The notes under the pieces: generated by a model
Seen by the model: only the letters and a program-made list of their open reading frames with translations
Told to the model about the DNA's origin: nothing
Databases searched by the model: none
Part shown: piece after piece, positions 29,322-40,163 of the stretch
Layout of the letters: each line of letters starts with the position of its first letter
Numbering within the stretch: position 1 is the first letter of the stretch
NCBI GenBank assembly: GCA_963733055.1
Contig: CAVTBR010000003.1
Location: forward strand, 704,001 to 768,000
Reading direction: 5' to 3'
From: Candidatus Bathyarchaeota archaeon
GTDB lineage: Archaea; Thermoproteota; Bathyarchaeia; 40CM-2-53-6
DNA length: 64,000 bases
Made by a program: the position numbers and the translations under genes

Positions 29322-29630
29322 TCACATTTTGACGATTTGCACGTGGGGGACGCCGCTAATGTGAAGGATTGCGGTTGGATCGACGAGACTCTGTTGAACG
29401 GCCGCTTGCACTATTGTCTCGCCTACGAGGTTAGCGATGTCCGCGGTGTCTATGGCCGCTAATGCTTCTCCAACGCTGGCGCGGTTTCCTTGGTAGAAAT
29501 CTGGTTTGACTTCGAGCTTTAGTTTTCCCTCTCGAAAAGTCTCACCGAGAAGTTCGGTATCACACGCTGCCACTAACGTGTGCTTTGCGTCTTTGATGAC
29601 CCTTAGGAATACCTCAGTCAGAGGATGCAC
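29322..29630 (-). CDS. DUF424 family protein
   Basis: VAACDTELLG, FYQG, ANLVG, GVPHVQ. Confidence 0.88.
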   Translation of the reverse strand: MHPLTEVFLRVIKDAKHTLVAACDTELLGETFREGKLKLEVKPDFYQGNRASVGEALAAIDTADIANLVGETIVQAAVQQSLVDPTAILHISGVPHVQIVKM

Positions 29631-29633
29631 TTC

Positions 29634-30044
29634 CTAGAATGGTAGTATCGAGGACCGGGCACCGCAAGCCTCGCAACGAAGGAACAGGTAACGTCCCTCC
29701 TTCTCGACCTTAGTGTCAGGCCTGTTGCAAATCGGGCAGATGACAAACCTCTTTGCATATATGTTGAGTAGCCGCGTGACTGTTTGTACGTCGAATCTAC
29801 CCTGGAAGATTGCTCTGCCGCCATCCAAAGACGCTGCTGTCGCTAACTCTCTAGAGAGGAACTTCAGCAGGTGATGTGGGTCACGGTTTATTTTGCTACT
29901 GATATCGCCAAAATTCTGGAGAATAGTCCTACGTCCCATCCTAATTCCGACAACCCTCGGAATCTCAAACCTCTCTCCAGTACCCACAGACTTCGGTAGA
30001 GTCGAATACGCCCTATCCAGGAGCTTTGCATAATCCGCGCTCAT
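29634..30044 (-). CDS. eif2b: translation initiation factor aIF-2 beta
   Basis: YAKLLDRAY, RFEIP, CPICNRPDT, CEACGA. Confidence 0.96.
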   Translation of the reverse strand: MSADYAKLLDRAYSTLPKSVGTGERFEIPRVVGIRMGRRTILQNFGDISSKINRDPHHLLKFLSRELATAASLDGGRAIFQGRFDVQTVTRLLNIYAKRFVICPICNRPDTKVEKEGRYLFLRCEACGARSSILPF

Positions 30045-30236
30045 GACTAATTCCTGACGCCCCTTGTGAAGCGCCATATTTCTTGATTCCCCTTAAAGAA
30101 AACGTTAATGGGGACACGCGCCAAGGTTGGGAAAGCATTTGGAGGGGCAGATACTAACCACAAACAACCCGACGGGCAGTAAAGGCTCAGACCACCTTCC
30201 CTGGAATATATCTGCCACGAGTGGAGGCGAGGACTA

Positions 30237-31880
30237 TTGACACGATGGATCATCAATTCTGCTTGGCCCTACGTTAATTCCGTTCCCCATCTGGGCACAT
30301 TCATTCATCCACTGTATGCTGATGTGTACGCTAGATACTTGCGCCTCAAAGGTGAGGACGTCATAGCGGTCACTGGCTCGGACGAACATGGGACTCCCAT
30401 CGAAGTTGAAGCCATCAGGAAAGGTGTCCCACCAAAACAATTGACCGATCAAATACACAACCAGATCCTCCAATTTCTCGATGCATTCAATATTCGCCTT
30501 GACAATTATACACGGACTGAAAATCCCGTTCACATTCGGTATACGCAGGATTTGTACAGGAAGGCGTACGAGAACGGGTACATATACACTCAGAACGTCA
30601 ACCTACCGTATTGCCAAACCGACCAAAGATTTCTCCCCGATCGATTCGTGGAAGGAACGTGCCCTCACTGTGGCTACGAAAACGCAAGAGGAGACCAATG
30701 TGACTCATGCGGCCGAGTTTTAGACCCTCTTGAGTTAGTGAAGCCACGATGCGTCTTCTGCGGTAACACGCCGACGATAAAATCATCAACTCACTGGTTC
30801 TTCGACCTACCCAAATTTCGCGACAAACTCTACGCCACAGTCAAGGATAACAAACAGTTACCGGAAAACGCACGCAACTTCTCGTTGAGATGGCTCGAGG
30901 AGGGTTTGAAACCCCGCTCAGTGACACGGGATAACAAGTGGGGAATCCCAGCCCCCTTCCCCGGCGCCGAGGGTAAAACGATCTACGTCTGGTTAGAAGC
31001 CGTACTAGGCTATGTCTCCGCCGCCATAGAGTGGGCGGAAAAGTCTGGTAAACCCGAAGCTTGGAAGGACTACTGGTTCTCGCAAGAAACCAGGAATGTC
31101 CATTTCATTGGCAAAGATAACATTCCGTTCCACGTGATCATCTTCCCCGCGCTCCTGCTCGCAACACACGACCCTTACGTCCTACCCTGGCAGGTTTCCT
31201 CGACCGAATTCATATTGTTTGATGGAAAGAAGTTCTCCAAAAGCAACAAAATCGGTGTGTGGATCGACGAGGCTTTGAAAGTCGCGCCCGGTGAGTACTG
31301 GCGGTACGTGCTGATTGCAATAAGACCGGAAGCCCGGGACGCGAACTTTACTTGGCATGAGTTTGAAACGCACGTGAATTCCGAGTTGAATGATGTTCTC
31401 GGAAATTTCGTTCACCGAACCCTCACTTTCGTGAATAACCAATTCGAAGGAGTAGTGCCCGAACCTGGCACATTCGACGAGAAGGATGAGGCGATTAGGA
31501 AGGAGATTGAAGAGGCTCCGTCGAAGATCGCGTCACAGCTGGATCACTTCCAGTTGAAGGGAAGCTTAGCGCAAACAATAGAATTGGCGAGGACGGGGAA
31601 CCAATACCTCAGCGAACGCGAACCATGGCACCTGATCAAAACAGACCGCACCAAGACCGCGACCACGCTCTACCTAGCGACTCAACTCGTAGGATCACTT
31701 GCAATCCTGATTTCACCGTTCTTACCCGAAACTGCGAAGGGAATTGGCGAACAGCTCAATCTAAGTACGAACCTGACAGGTAGCTGGTGGGACGCGGGCA
31801 AACTACGCGTCGAGGCGGGGCATAAGATAGGGAAACCCGTCCCCTTATTCCATAAGGTCAGCGTTTCCAAATCACAATGA
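30237..31880 (+). CDS. metG: methionine--tRNA ligase (no C-terminal appended domain)
   Basis: WPYVNSVPHLG, GSDEHGTP, zinc knuckles, YVWLEA, GKDNIPFH, KFSKS. Confidence 0.97.
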   Translation: MTRWIINSAWPYVNSVPHLGTFIHPLYADVYARYLRLKGEDVIAVTGSDEHGTPIEVEAIRKGVPPKQLTDQIHNQILQFLDAFNIRLDNYTRTENPVHIRYTQDLYRKAYENGYIYTQNVNLPYCQTDQRFLPDRFVEGTCPHCGYENARGDQCDSCGRVLDPLELVKPRCVFCGNTPTIKSSTHWFFDLPKFRDKLYATVKDNKQLPENARNFSLRWLEEGLKPRSVTRDNKWGIPAPFPGAEGKTIYVWLEAVLGYVSAAIEWAEKSGKPEAWKDYWFSQETRNVHFIGKDNIPFHVIIFPALLLATHDPYVLPWQVSSTEFILFDGKKFSKSNKIGVWIDEALKVAPGEYWRYVLIAIRPEARDANFTWHEFETHVNSELNDVLGNFVHRTLTFVNNQFEGVVPEPGTFDEKDEAIRKEIEEAPSKIASQLDHFQLKGSLAQTIELARTGNQYLSEREPWHLIKTDRTKTATTLYLATQLVGSLAILISPFLPETAKGIGEQLNLSTNLTGSWWDAGKLRVEAGHKIGKPVPLFHKVSVSKSQ

Positions 31881-31886
31881 GGTTTC

Positions 31887-32518
31887 TTGATGCCTTTACT
31901 TAAGATAGACATGCACGTTCACACAGTTAGATCCCCCGACGCCCACACAAAGCGCGAAGACCTACCCGCTATCATCAAGAGTAAAAGGTTAGACGGCGTT
32001 GCGGTGACGGAGCATAACGTCTTTGATCCGCCCGCGTTTGACGATGCCCTGATTTTGCCGGGTGTGGAAATCAGTTCGCGTGATGGGCACATCATTGCTT
32101 TGGGCATAAGGGAAATGATACAACCGGGGCTCCCAGCCGACGATACAATTCAAAGAATACATGAACAAGACGGCGTGGCCATAGTCCCTCACCCATACGA
32201 CCCCGTAAGCAAGTGTGTCAAACTCGCCCGTTTGAAGACAAGGCCAGATGCCGTTGAAACAGTGAACGCCGATGCCCTCTCGTTCTATCTTTCAAACTGG
32301 CTTGCGGAAGAGACTCCGTCAGATTCAAGGTTCCCCAGGTTGGAAGCAGCGATTCCCATATTCCCCAAACCATCGGAGACGCCTACACCATAGTCGATGC
32401 CAAATCCAGAGACCTCAAAGACATACTTGACGGGATAAGATCTGGCAAAGTTAGGGCAGAAGGACACGCTACTTCTATCAGGAACAAGATGCGAAAGCTA
32501 AGCTACAAATTCCGCTAA
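31887..32518 (+). CDS. PHP-domain phosphoesterase (frameshift in 3' part)
   Basis: DMHVHT, TEHN, GVEIS..GHI, PHPY; the SDSH..TIGDAYT motif continues in another frame to TAA 32518. Confidence 0.85.
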
Positions 32519-32691
32519 TCCATATCCTCAATCTGGTCCAGACCCAGGTCGATGTCTATTCTTTCATCTTCTCCAGCCTCAAGTTCCATCTCCCATAACT
32601 CAAAATGCAATTTCCTTCGCGGCCGAGGTTGAACCTGTTGAATTCTCTCACTCAGGCGATTCGCCGTGTGGCTGTCGAGTTTCAAGTACAC
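32515..32691 (-). CDS. small protein with acidic C-terminus (58 aa, not in ORF track)
   Basis: GTG...YLKLDSHTANRLSERIQQVQPRPRRKLHFELWEMELEAGEDERIDIDLGLDQIEDMD*; stop overlaps the PHP stop. Confidence 0.45.
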   Translation of the reverse strand: MYLKLDSHTANRLSERIQQVQPRPRRKLHFELWEMELEAGEDERIDIDLGLDQIEDMD

Positions 32692-32902
32692 ACCTTCGCC
32701 TCTCGAGTTCTATTCTGAACTCGGACGTCATCGAGACATATTTGCGAGGAGGCGCCTCATTGCGGTTGCACACGCTGAGTAAAGAGTAGAATGAGCAGTT
32801 TCCCAAGCTCATAGGTGTGTTATCTGTCGAAGAAATAGCGAAAGCACACTGAACGCTGGGAGGCTAATTGCAATACGAGTGACTAATTGCGCTAGGCGCT
32901 AA

Positions 32903-33190
32903 CTAGCCTCCGCCAACCGGTGGGATTATCGCCAAGACGCAACCATCAGTTAACACCGTTGAGGGGCCGCTGAGCGCGGAAATTGGCTTGTCGCCCACTA
33001 GAATCTGAATGGAGCGTCGCAAATCATCGCCTTTAGAATCGTAGATATACTCTCTGAATTGCTTGCCATGCATCTTGACCAGTAGATCGAGCAGATTCTG
33101 CACCGTGCCACCCTGGGGTAGGTCTAGCGTCTCCTCACGCAACCCGACCAACTCCCTGACGGTAGCGAAAAATCGCACACTCACCTTCAA
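32903..33190 (-). CDS. MoaD/ThiS (SAMP-like) ubiquitin-fold protein
   Basis: VSVRFFAT start, C-terminal IIPPVGGG. Confidence 0.92.
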   Translation of the reverse strand: MKVSVRFFATVRELVGLREETLDLPQGGTVQNLLDLLVKMHGKQFREYIYDSKGDDLRRSIQILVGDKPISALSGPSTVLTDGCVLAIIPPVGGG

Positions 33191-33225
33191 ACCGAACTCC
33201 AGCCTCCCTTCCGCTAAGCAAGTGT

Positions 33226-34722
33226 CTATTCTGTCGCGTGCGCCGCCCACGTTAACTCCATCGTCTTTGGTCGATTCGCCTTCGCTTCATCAATTCTCGT
33301 GACGCTGGCTGCGTGTGGGCTAGTTTTCGGTTGATCGGAGTTTGAGTACGCTTCTGCGCTTATCTTCTCGAACGCGGATATCATCACGTCGAGTTCTAAC
33401 TTACTCACGGTTTCAGTCGGTTCAGCCATCATCGCCTCTTCCACGATAAGGGGGAAATAGACGGTGGGAGGGTGAATGCCGAAGTCGAGGAGTCTCTTCC
33501 CGACAAGTAAAGCTGTCACTCCCGTATCTTTTGCAAGCCCCGAAGCCGATAGCACGAATTCATGCTTCCTCGGAATGCCCTCTGCATATGGCAACGAGAA
33601 ACCTTTGATCTTTCGAAGTTTCTGAGCCATGTAGTTGGCGTTAAGAACGGCCGTCTCGGAGGCGGTCACTAACCCTTCTTTACCATGCAAGAGAATGTAA
33701 GCATAGGCACGGAGGACTACGGCGGCGCTTCCATGGTATGCCCTCACCTTTCCGATGCTCTTCGGTCTGTTGTAATCTAGATAGTACTTCGAGCCGTCGA
33801 ATTCGACTGTGGGCACTGGCAGGTAATCCGCGAGACTGCTCATCACTCCGATCGGACCGGCACCTGGACCGCCTCCACCATGAGGAGTAGCAAACGTCTT
33901 GTGAAGGTTAAGGTGGACGATGTCGAAACCCATGTCCCCTGGTTTCGCTTTGCCCATGATGGCGTTTAGGTTAGCACCATCGTAGTACAAGAGTCCGCCC
34001 GCCTCGTGAACGATACGAGTTATTTCGAGGATTTCGCGTTCGAAAATGCCGAGCGTGTTTGGGTTGGTTATCATCAGGCCCGCCGTCTTGGGTCCGACCG
34101 CCCCTTTCAAGGCCTCAGTATCGACGCAACCACTGGAGTTGGAAGATACTTCCACGACCTTGTAACCAGCCATGGCTGCGCTTGCTGGATTAGTTCCGTG
34201 CGCGGAATCCGGGACAATTATCTCATCACGGCCCAGATCTTTCCTGTCGCGGTGGTAGGCTCTCATCAGCATTAGACCCGTGTACTCTCCGTGAGCGCCA
34301 GCGGCGGGCTGCAGCGTCATCTTCTGCACCCCGACGATCTTAGAGAGGGAATCCGCCGCCTCGTACAGAAGCTGGAGTATACCCTGAACGGTCCTCTGAT
34401 CCTGGTACGGATGAAGCTCCTGGATCTTATGGGACGCAGCGAGAAGATCACAAATCTTCGGATTATACTTCATCGTGCAGCTTCCAAGTGGGTACAACCC
34501 AAGATCGACGCCGAAATTCTCCTGAGAAAGTCGGGTGTAATGACGAATTACATCAACCTCAGAAAGCTCCGGAAGAGAAGGCGGATTCGAGCGTCTCAGC
34601 TTTTTCGGGATGGTGGCTAGTGCTGGTGATGGGTCTGAGGATTGTTTGTGGAAACCGATTTGCCCGTGCCCTGATAGTGATTTGATTGGCGGTTCGTCCC
34701 ATCGGGCTTGAGAGTACACCAT
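33226..34722 (-). CDS. gcvPB: glycine dehydrogenase (decarboxylating) subunit 2
   Basis: YPLGSCTMKYNP, SAHGTNPASA, LNLHKTFATPHGGGGPG. Confidence 0.97.
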   Translation of the reverse strand: MVYSQARWDEPPIKSLSGHGQIGFHKQSSDPSPALATIPKKLRRSNPPSLPELSEVDVIRHYTRLSQENFGVDLGLYPLGSCTMKYNPKICDLLAASHKIQELHPYQDQRTVQGILQLLYEAADSLSKIVGVQKMTLQPAAGAHGEYTGLMLMRAYHRDRKDLGRDEIIVPDSAHGTNPASAAMAGYKVVEVSSNSSGCVDTEALKGAVGPKTAGLMITNPNTLGIFEREILEITRIVHEAGGLLYYDGANLNAIMGKAKPGDMGFDIVHLNLHKTFATPHGGGGPGAGPIGVMSSLADYLPVPTVEFDGSKYYLDYNRPKSIGKVRAYHGSAAVVLRAYAYILLHGKEGLVTASETAVLNANYMAQKLRKIKGFSLPYAEGIPRKHEFVLSASGLAKDTGVTALLVGKRLLDFGIHPPTVYFPLIVEEAMMAEPTETVSKLELDVMISAFEKISAEAYSNSDQPKTSPHAASVTRIDEAKANRPKTMELTWAAHATE

Positions 34723-34727
34723 CTAAT

Positions 34728-36128
34728 TCAGCTCCCCAAAATGACGCGAAGCTCATCAGCGAGCATGTCGATATCGCGGTGTGTGTGAACCTCTGTGAAG
34801 CAGTAGAGTGCGGTCTGCCCCAGTTCGGGGAAGCGTGTGCTCAGGTCAAGTCCACCTTGAATTCCGGCAGTTAAGAGAGCGTCATTTATCTCCGAAACTC
34901 TTTTCCCCGTATTCCCAAACTTCACGGTGAATTCCATGTAATGAAATGCCTTGAATGCCGGTGCCTTTACCCCCGGCAGCTTTCCAATCTGCTCGATTGC
35001 ATAGTTTGTCCTATCAAGAATTGTTGCGCTGAGATCTGTGATTCCTTCGGGGCCGAGCATGGACAAGTACATGGCTGCGGCGAGGGCGAGTAACGCTTCG
35101 TTCGTGCAGATGTTCGAAGTTGCCTTTCCTCGCCTGATGTGCTGCTCTCGGGTCTGTAGCGCCATACAGTACGCGTCCTGTTTACCGTCTTGAGTTGTAG
35201 TTCTCCCGATGATGCGTCCCGGCATCTGCCTGAGCAACCCCTGGCCCTTGCAGGCAAAGATGCCGAGCAGAGGTCCACCGAAGTTCATGTGATTCCCGAG
35301 GGGCTGTCCCTCTCCGACACAGATATCGGCGCCCAACTCTCCGGGCGGTTTGAGCGCGCCTAGTGAGATTGGTTCGCATCCAATTACAAATAGCGCGCCT
35401 TGATCACGGGTCAGCTGGGCGATCTCGTCGCAGGATTCTTCTACGAAGCCTAGAAAGGATGGAAACTCGACGTAAACCCCAGCGGTTCGGTTTGAGAGTC
35501 TCCGTCTTAGCTCAGAGAGGTCAACATTACCCGTCTCAAGATCTTGCGGCACTTCGACAATCTTGATGTCCGCAGGGTCGCAGAAGGTTTTCAGTGTCTG
35601 TAAGCGCTCCGGGTGGATAAAGTGTGGAACAATGAATTCGTCTCGGCCGGTTGCGCGTGATGTCATCCGCGCGGCTTCACCTAAAGCCGTCGACCAATCG
35701 TAAAGGGAACTGTTCGCGTAGTCCATTGCGGTGAGATCGCAGATTAGGCTCTGGTATTCGAACAGGGATTGGAGCATCCCCTGAGAGATCTCAGGTTGGT
35801 AGGGAGTGTAGGAGGTTAGAAATTCTCCACGACTGATGACCGCGTCAATTGCGGCAGGCACGTGATGGGGCCAAACCCCTGCACCTAAGAATGATAGAAT
35901 GTCACGCGTCGATTGATTCTTGGACAACAAGCCTTCAACGTACCGTCTTGTTTCAATCTCAGAAAGCTTCGACATGATTGGCAGTTCTGCTTTGGATCTC
36001 AATTGAGTTGGAATATCGTTGAAGAGCCCGTCTATGGATTTCACACCAATATCGGCGAGCATCTTTCTCTGTATCTCTCGATCACTATTGGGCATGTATG
36101 GATGAACTTGCGACACTTTGACAACCAC
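34728..36128 (-). CDS. gcvPA: glycine dehydrogenase (decarboxylating) subunit 1
   Basis: SYTPYQPEISQG, LQTREQHIRRGKATSNICTN. Confidence 0.97.
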   Translation of the reverse strand: MVVKVSQVHPYMPNSDREIQRKMLADIGVKSIDGLFNDIPTQLRSKAELPIMSKLSEIETRRYVEGLLSKNQSTRDILSFLGAGVWPHHVPAAIDAVISRGEFLTSYTPYQPEISQGMLQSLFEYQSLICDLTAMDYANSSLYDWSTALGEAARMTSRATGRDEFIVPHFIHPERLQTLKTFCDPADIKIVEVPQDLETGNVDLSELRRRLSNRTAGVYVEFPSFLGFVEESCDEIAQLTRDQGALFVIGCEPISLGALKPPGELGADICVGEGQPLGNHMNFGGPLLGIFACKGQGLLRQMPGRIIGRTTTQDGKQDAYCMALQTREQHIRRGKATSNICTNEALLALAAAMYLSMLGPEGITDLSATILDRTNYAIEQIGKLPGVKAPAFKAFHYMEFTVKFGNTGKRVSEINDALLTAGIQGGLDLSTRFPELGQTALYCFTEVHTHRDIDMLADELRVILGS

Positions 36129-36231
36129 TCAAGGACCTTTACGAAATCGGTTCATATTATTTGATTGTGGTCACCTCTCGAAAACAATCACCGCCCCATT
36201 TGCCAACAAATCCATTTAGCCCGCGTGTGTC

Positions 36232-37017
36232 ATGGTAGCATCGGACCGAAGTTCCTTGAGTTCAAGAAGAAGCGCCCCAACTGCGGCGAAGAAGCGCTTG
36301 CTAGGACGTGGCACCTACGTTGAGAAAGGCGCTCAATTGCTTGGCAATGTGCAGATCGGGGAAGGCGTGTACGTCGATGCAAACGCGGTCCTCTACGGCC
36401 CGATAACGGTCGGAAAGCATAGTTACATTGGACCAAATTGCGTGATAGGATTTCCAGCCTCTACCGAGCTCAACCAAATGACGCGGTCCCGCAAGATCGA
36501 ATCAAAGAAACCGACCTTGCTCGGGGAGAATTGCACGGTGCGATCAGGAACCACCATCTATTCCGACGTAACCGTAGGGGACAACGTGTCCTTCGGCCAC
36601 AACGCAATGGTAAGGGAGAACGTCACCATTGGTGGCATGTCGAAGCTTGGCACTAACGTCGTTGTTGACGGAAGTTCGAGGATTGGCAGTCGAGTTTCAA
36701 TTCAGACGGGGGTCTATGTCTGCACCTACTCAACAATCGAAGATGGTGTATTCCTCGGCCCATGTTGCGTTTTCACGAACGACAAATTCGTCACACAGAA
36801 ACCCTACAAGTTGATCGGTCCCACTGTGAAGAAAGGGGCAAGTATTGGTGCGAATGCGCTCCTATTCCCAGGAGTAGTCATTGGAGAAGGAGCGGTGGTA
36901 GGTTCGCAGGCCATGGTAAACACCGACGTTCCCCCTCGAACCGTCTTTGTGGGAATCCCCGCGAGGAAAATCAGAGATTTACCCGACGATTGGCACACAT
37001 CTCTCTTGCAGGATTGA
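36232..37017 (+). CDS. left-handed beta-helix acyltransferase (sugar N-acetyltransferase-like)
   Basis: Hexapeptide repeats, VFLGPCCVFTND, GASIGANA, VGIPAR. Confidence 0.9.
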   Translation: MVASDRSSLSSRRSAPTAAKKRLLGRGTYVEKGAQLLGNVQIGEGVYVDANAVLYGPITVGKHSYIGPNCVIGFPASTELNQMTRSRKIESKKPTLLGENCTVRSGTTIYSDVTVGDNVSFGHNAMVRENVTIGGMSKLGTNVVVDGSSRIGSRVSIQTGVYVCTYSTIEDGVFLGPCCVFTNDKFVTQKPYKLIGPTVKKGASIGANALLFPGVVIGEGAVVGSQAMVNTDVPPRTVFVGIPARKIRDLPDDWHTSLLQD

Positions 37018-37112
37018 ACTTCGAGAGTCAGCAGAATGAATAAATAGCGAACGTCCCAATCACGGCGATGTTCAGTTAACATTACCCCGATGAAAGCGAG
37101 GCTAAGCTGAGG

Positions 37113-38832
37113 TTGAATTCGAAGTTCATAGTACTTACCTTACTCTTGGTGCTCGCGTTCATCGCTGCCGTTCCAACCCATGCCCAAAGTGCACCGGCTC
37201 AATTGACGATAGATATTTCCAGACTAGCGGCCATCGGACAATATGGCGTTGTACATATTCTCGATAACTTCACTGTCCGGAACACCGGGGGGTCAACCGC
37301 CTCATACCTAGATTTTGGTGTGCCCGCCTCTTACAGGGCCGACTTATTCTATGTTGACGCGACAGATAGCCAAGGAAAAACACTCGTCTTGGATACGAAT
37401 GTGAACGGGACGGCCGGTTTCTATTGGATGCGAGTTCACTTCGCTAACCAACTCCCCGGCAACTCGACATATCGATTCACAGTGGTCTCCATCCTGGGTC
37501 ACATCATCACAACCGCCCCGAACGGACTTTTGTACAATTTCACAGCCGCCCCAGTGCTTACGCAGGACGTGAGGCAAGCCAATGTCACGCTACTTGGAGC
37601 GGTTGGGTCAAGTTTTGCGGTCGCCCAAAATTCAACCTACAAGCAGGTCAATGTCGCGGGACAACCCGCCCTGGTAAAAGACTACCAGCCTTGGAAGGCG
37701 TACTCTACGGATACATTCGTCGGGCCTTACCTCACGGTTAGCCAATATCTTCTAGACATCTATTCTGCAGAGCGGGACATCATAATAGGCAATTCAGGCA
37801 CTCTGAGTATTCGCGACACGTACAACCTCCATAACTACGCGATCCCGATCACCAGCCTAACGATCACACTTCCTGACGGCGCGACTAACGTTATGGCGCA
37901 TGACCTTGTTGGTTCAATGTGGACGACCCCCGAGAACCCAAGCGCACCATACCAAGTAAGCGTGGCTCCTAGATACGGCGAGGGAATTAGGGGAAATGAG
38001 AACTTCACATTCAGCCTCACTTACGACCTCCCCCAATCCCAATACCTCAAACAAGTGAGCTGGTGGGGGAACTACAATCTCACAGTCCCTATGCTGAACA
38101 ACCGCGAGGATTTCATATTTGACAATGCTACGGTCAAGATCATCACGCCGAGTGGCGTAAAGATCGATAACGTCGTCCTTCCTTCCTCGAACCCAATCTC
38201 GCCAGCACCCCAATACGATCCTGTGCAAAGTCGAATCCAAATTCTAGGAGTAACCGTCTCGACCAACGTAACGCTCGGCGTCTTCTTCAGATACATCCCC
38301 TTCTGGGCTGCATTCGATTATTTGCCTTGGTTATTGGGTCTCGAAGTGGCATTTGCCGCAGTAGTTCTAACGGTCAGAGCCAGACGAGGACCGGAACTTG
38401 CGATCCCCATCCCTGTCGAGAAACTCAGAGAGTTCGTGGGCTTGTACGATGAGAGGATTTCGCTCTCGAAGAGAGCTCGTTTCGATGGAAGAGGAGGTCG
38501 CGAGGGGCGGAATGGTCAAGCATGAGTTCAGAAGGAGAACGAAAGTGATGGAATTGAGGCTTGATGAAATCAACAAGTCGCTCATGGCGGTTAAGGCGGA
38601 GATCAGGGCGATCAGCCAACACTATGACGAATTGATCCGACGGATAGACAGGGCTGAAGCCGAGATTCAAGTCTCTAGAAGCAGCTTGAACCAAGTGAGA
38701 GGTCAATACCGATCAGGAAAAACGACGAGGGAAACTTACGATGCGATGGTCAACGAACTCACCAAGCGCATTGATCGAGCCGAGGGAACGGTCGAAACGA
38801 TTTTGATCACCCTCAGAGAAGAAGCCCGCTAA
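37113..38832 (+). CDS. ribophorin I (OST1)-like membrane protein (frameshift near 38470)
   Basis: Signal peptide, two beta-rich domains with RPN1-like motif order, one TM helix, C-terminal helical domain in the overlapping ORF. Confidence 0.72.
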
Positions 38833-38895
38833 ACCTAAAGCCTGACTTGTTCCACAGGTTCTTTAGCCCGCGTCGACGCCAATGGAATCCATCTC

Positions 38896-40158
38896 GTGTC
38901 CCAGATGTCCAACCAGGTCACAGTCTCGAAACTTCAAGATTGGCTGAGGAATTCCTTAGGCTCGAACCTCTCCCAAGCGGAAAGAGAACGGGACAAACTC
39001 ATTTCGGAGATTAACCGAGGAGTTGATTCCCTCAGACAGTCCTGCGGCCAACTCACACGAAAAGCCGAGCAAGACATGGAAACCAAGAGGGACAATAGAG
39101 CACAATATAGGGCTTCGAAAGCAGTAGCGAGGCTCACGAGCATCATACCTGACATGTGCAAAGACTTCAACATCCCGACCGTAAAGGACTCAATGAGCTT
39201 GAGAAACCTACAACGGGACACATCAAAGATAGCATCGGAAGCCGCTCGAACCAGAGAGGAATGGTTACGACAAATCAGACCCTACTACATCCTAGACATG
39301 ATGACGTTGGGCGGCAATATTGACAAACTCCGGAGGCTCAGCGACGAACTCCACAATTTTCTCATGGGCCGCGGCGCGCTCCTTCGCTCGCTTGAGGATA
39401 TTCGAGAGAAAAGCGACTCTTTGAGCAAATTACAAGCATCCGAAGAGCTAGCCGTGTCTCAGAGAAAATCCCTAGAGGACAGGCTGAAGGAAACGGACCA
39501 ATTAGACGAATCGTTGAGGCTTCAAGCTGAAACGGTTCGAGGAAACCCAAAGGTCACGAAGTTTCTTGAAATCGATTCGGAATTGAGAAGGCTGAGAGGG
39601 GAATTGATTAGAACTGGCTTCAGTAGGCTCGGCCGACCGCTGAAGAAACTCACGTCAATTTCGGAACGCGGAGATTACCCGCTTCCAGTCGAAGTTCGCG
39701 AAAGCGCAAAAGAGTACATCAAGAAACCCTTCACAACCTTCCTCGCAGAACCAGAAGGGTATCCTCGTTTGAAATCGGTAATGTCAGCCTTGTCCGGCGC
39801 AGTCTCTTCGGGCAAACTTGCACTGAAGCAACGCGAAGCGAAGAAAGTCATAGAACGATCCGAACAGGTCACCTCCGAAAACTCATTGTCGAACCTTCAT
39901 GAAAGTGCGAGGAAGGCCAAATTGACCTACGACCAAATACTCTCCGATCAGGAAACGAAGGCGTTAGTGACAGAGCTCAAGGATCTACGCAGGAAGGGGA
40001 AGGAAAACCGCGCTGCGCAAGACGAATTAAAAGCGGAACTGGAACGAGCAATCCAAAACGAGGATCATTCACGTGAGCAAATCATCTCGCTCTTACACGA
40101 AATAGAAGGCTTTGTTCGTAAACTTGTCGGCACCGATTTGAAGCTTCAACTCGAATAG
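38896..40158 (+). CDS. long coiled-coil hypothetical protein
   Basis: 420 aa, highly charged, helical heptad-like pattern. Confidence 0.75.
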   Translation: MSQMSNQVTVSKLQDWLRNSLGSNLSQAERERDKLISEINRGVDSLRQSCGQLTRKAEQDMETKRDNRAQYRASKAVARLTSIIPDMCKDFNIPTVKDSMSLRNLQRDTSKIASEAARTREEWLRQIRPYYILDMMTLGGNIDKLRRLSDELHNFLMGRGALLRSLEDIREKSDSLSKLQASEELAVSQRKSLEDRLKETDQLDESLRLQAETVRGNPKVTKFLEIDSELRRLRGELIRTGFSRLGRPLKKLTSISERGDYPLPVEVRESAKEYIKKPFTTFLAEPEGYPRLKSVMSALSGAVSSGKLALKQREAKKVIERSEQVTSENSLSNLHESARKAKLTYDQILSDQETKALVTELKDLRRKGKENRAAQDELKAELERAIQNEDHSREQIISLLHEIEGFVRKLVGTDLKLQLE

Positions 40159-40163
40159 CGATA

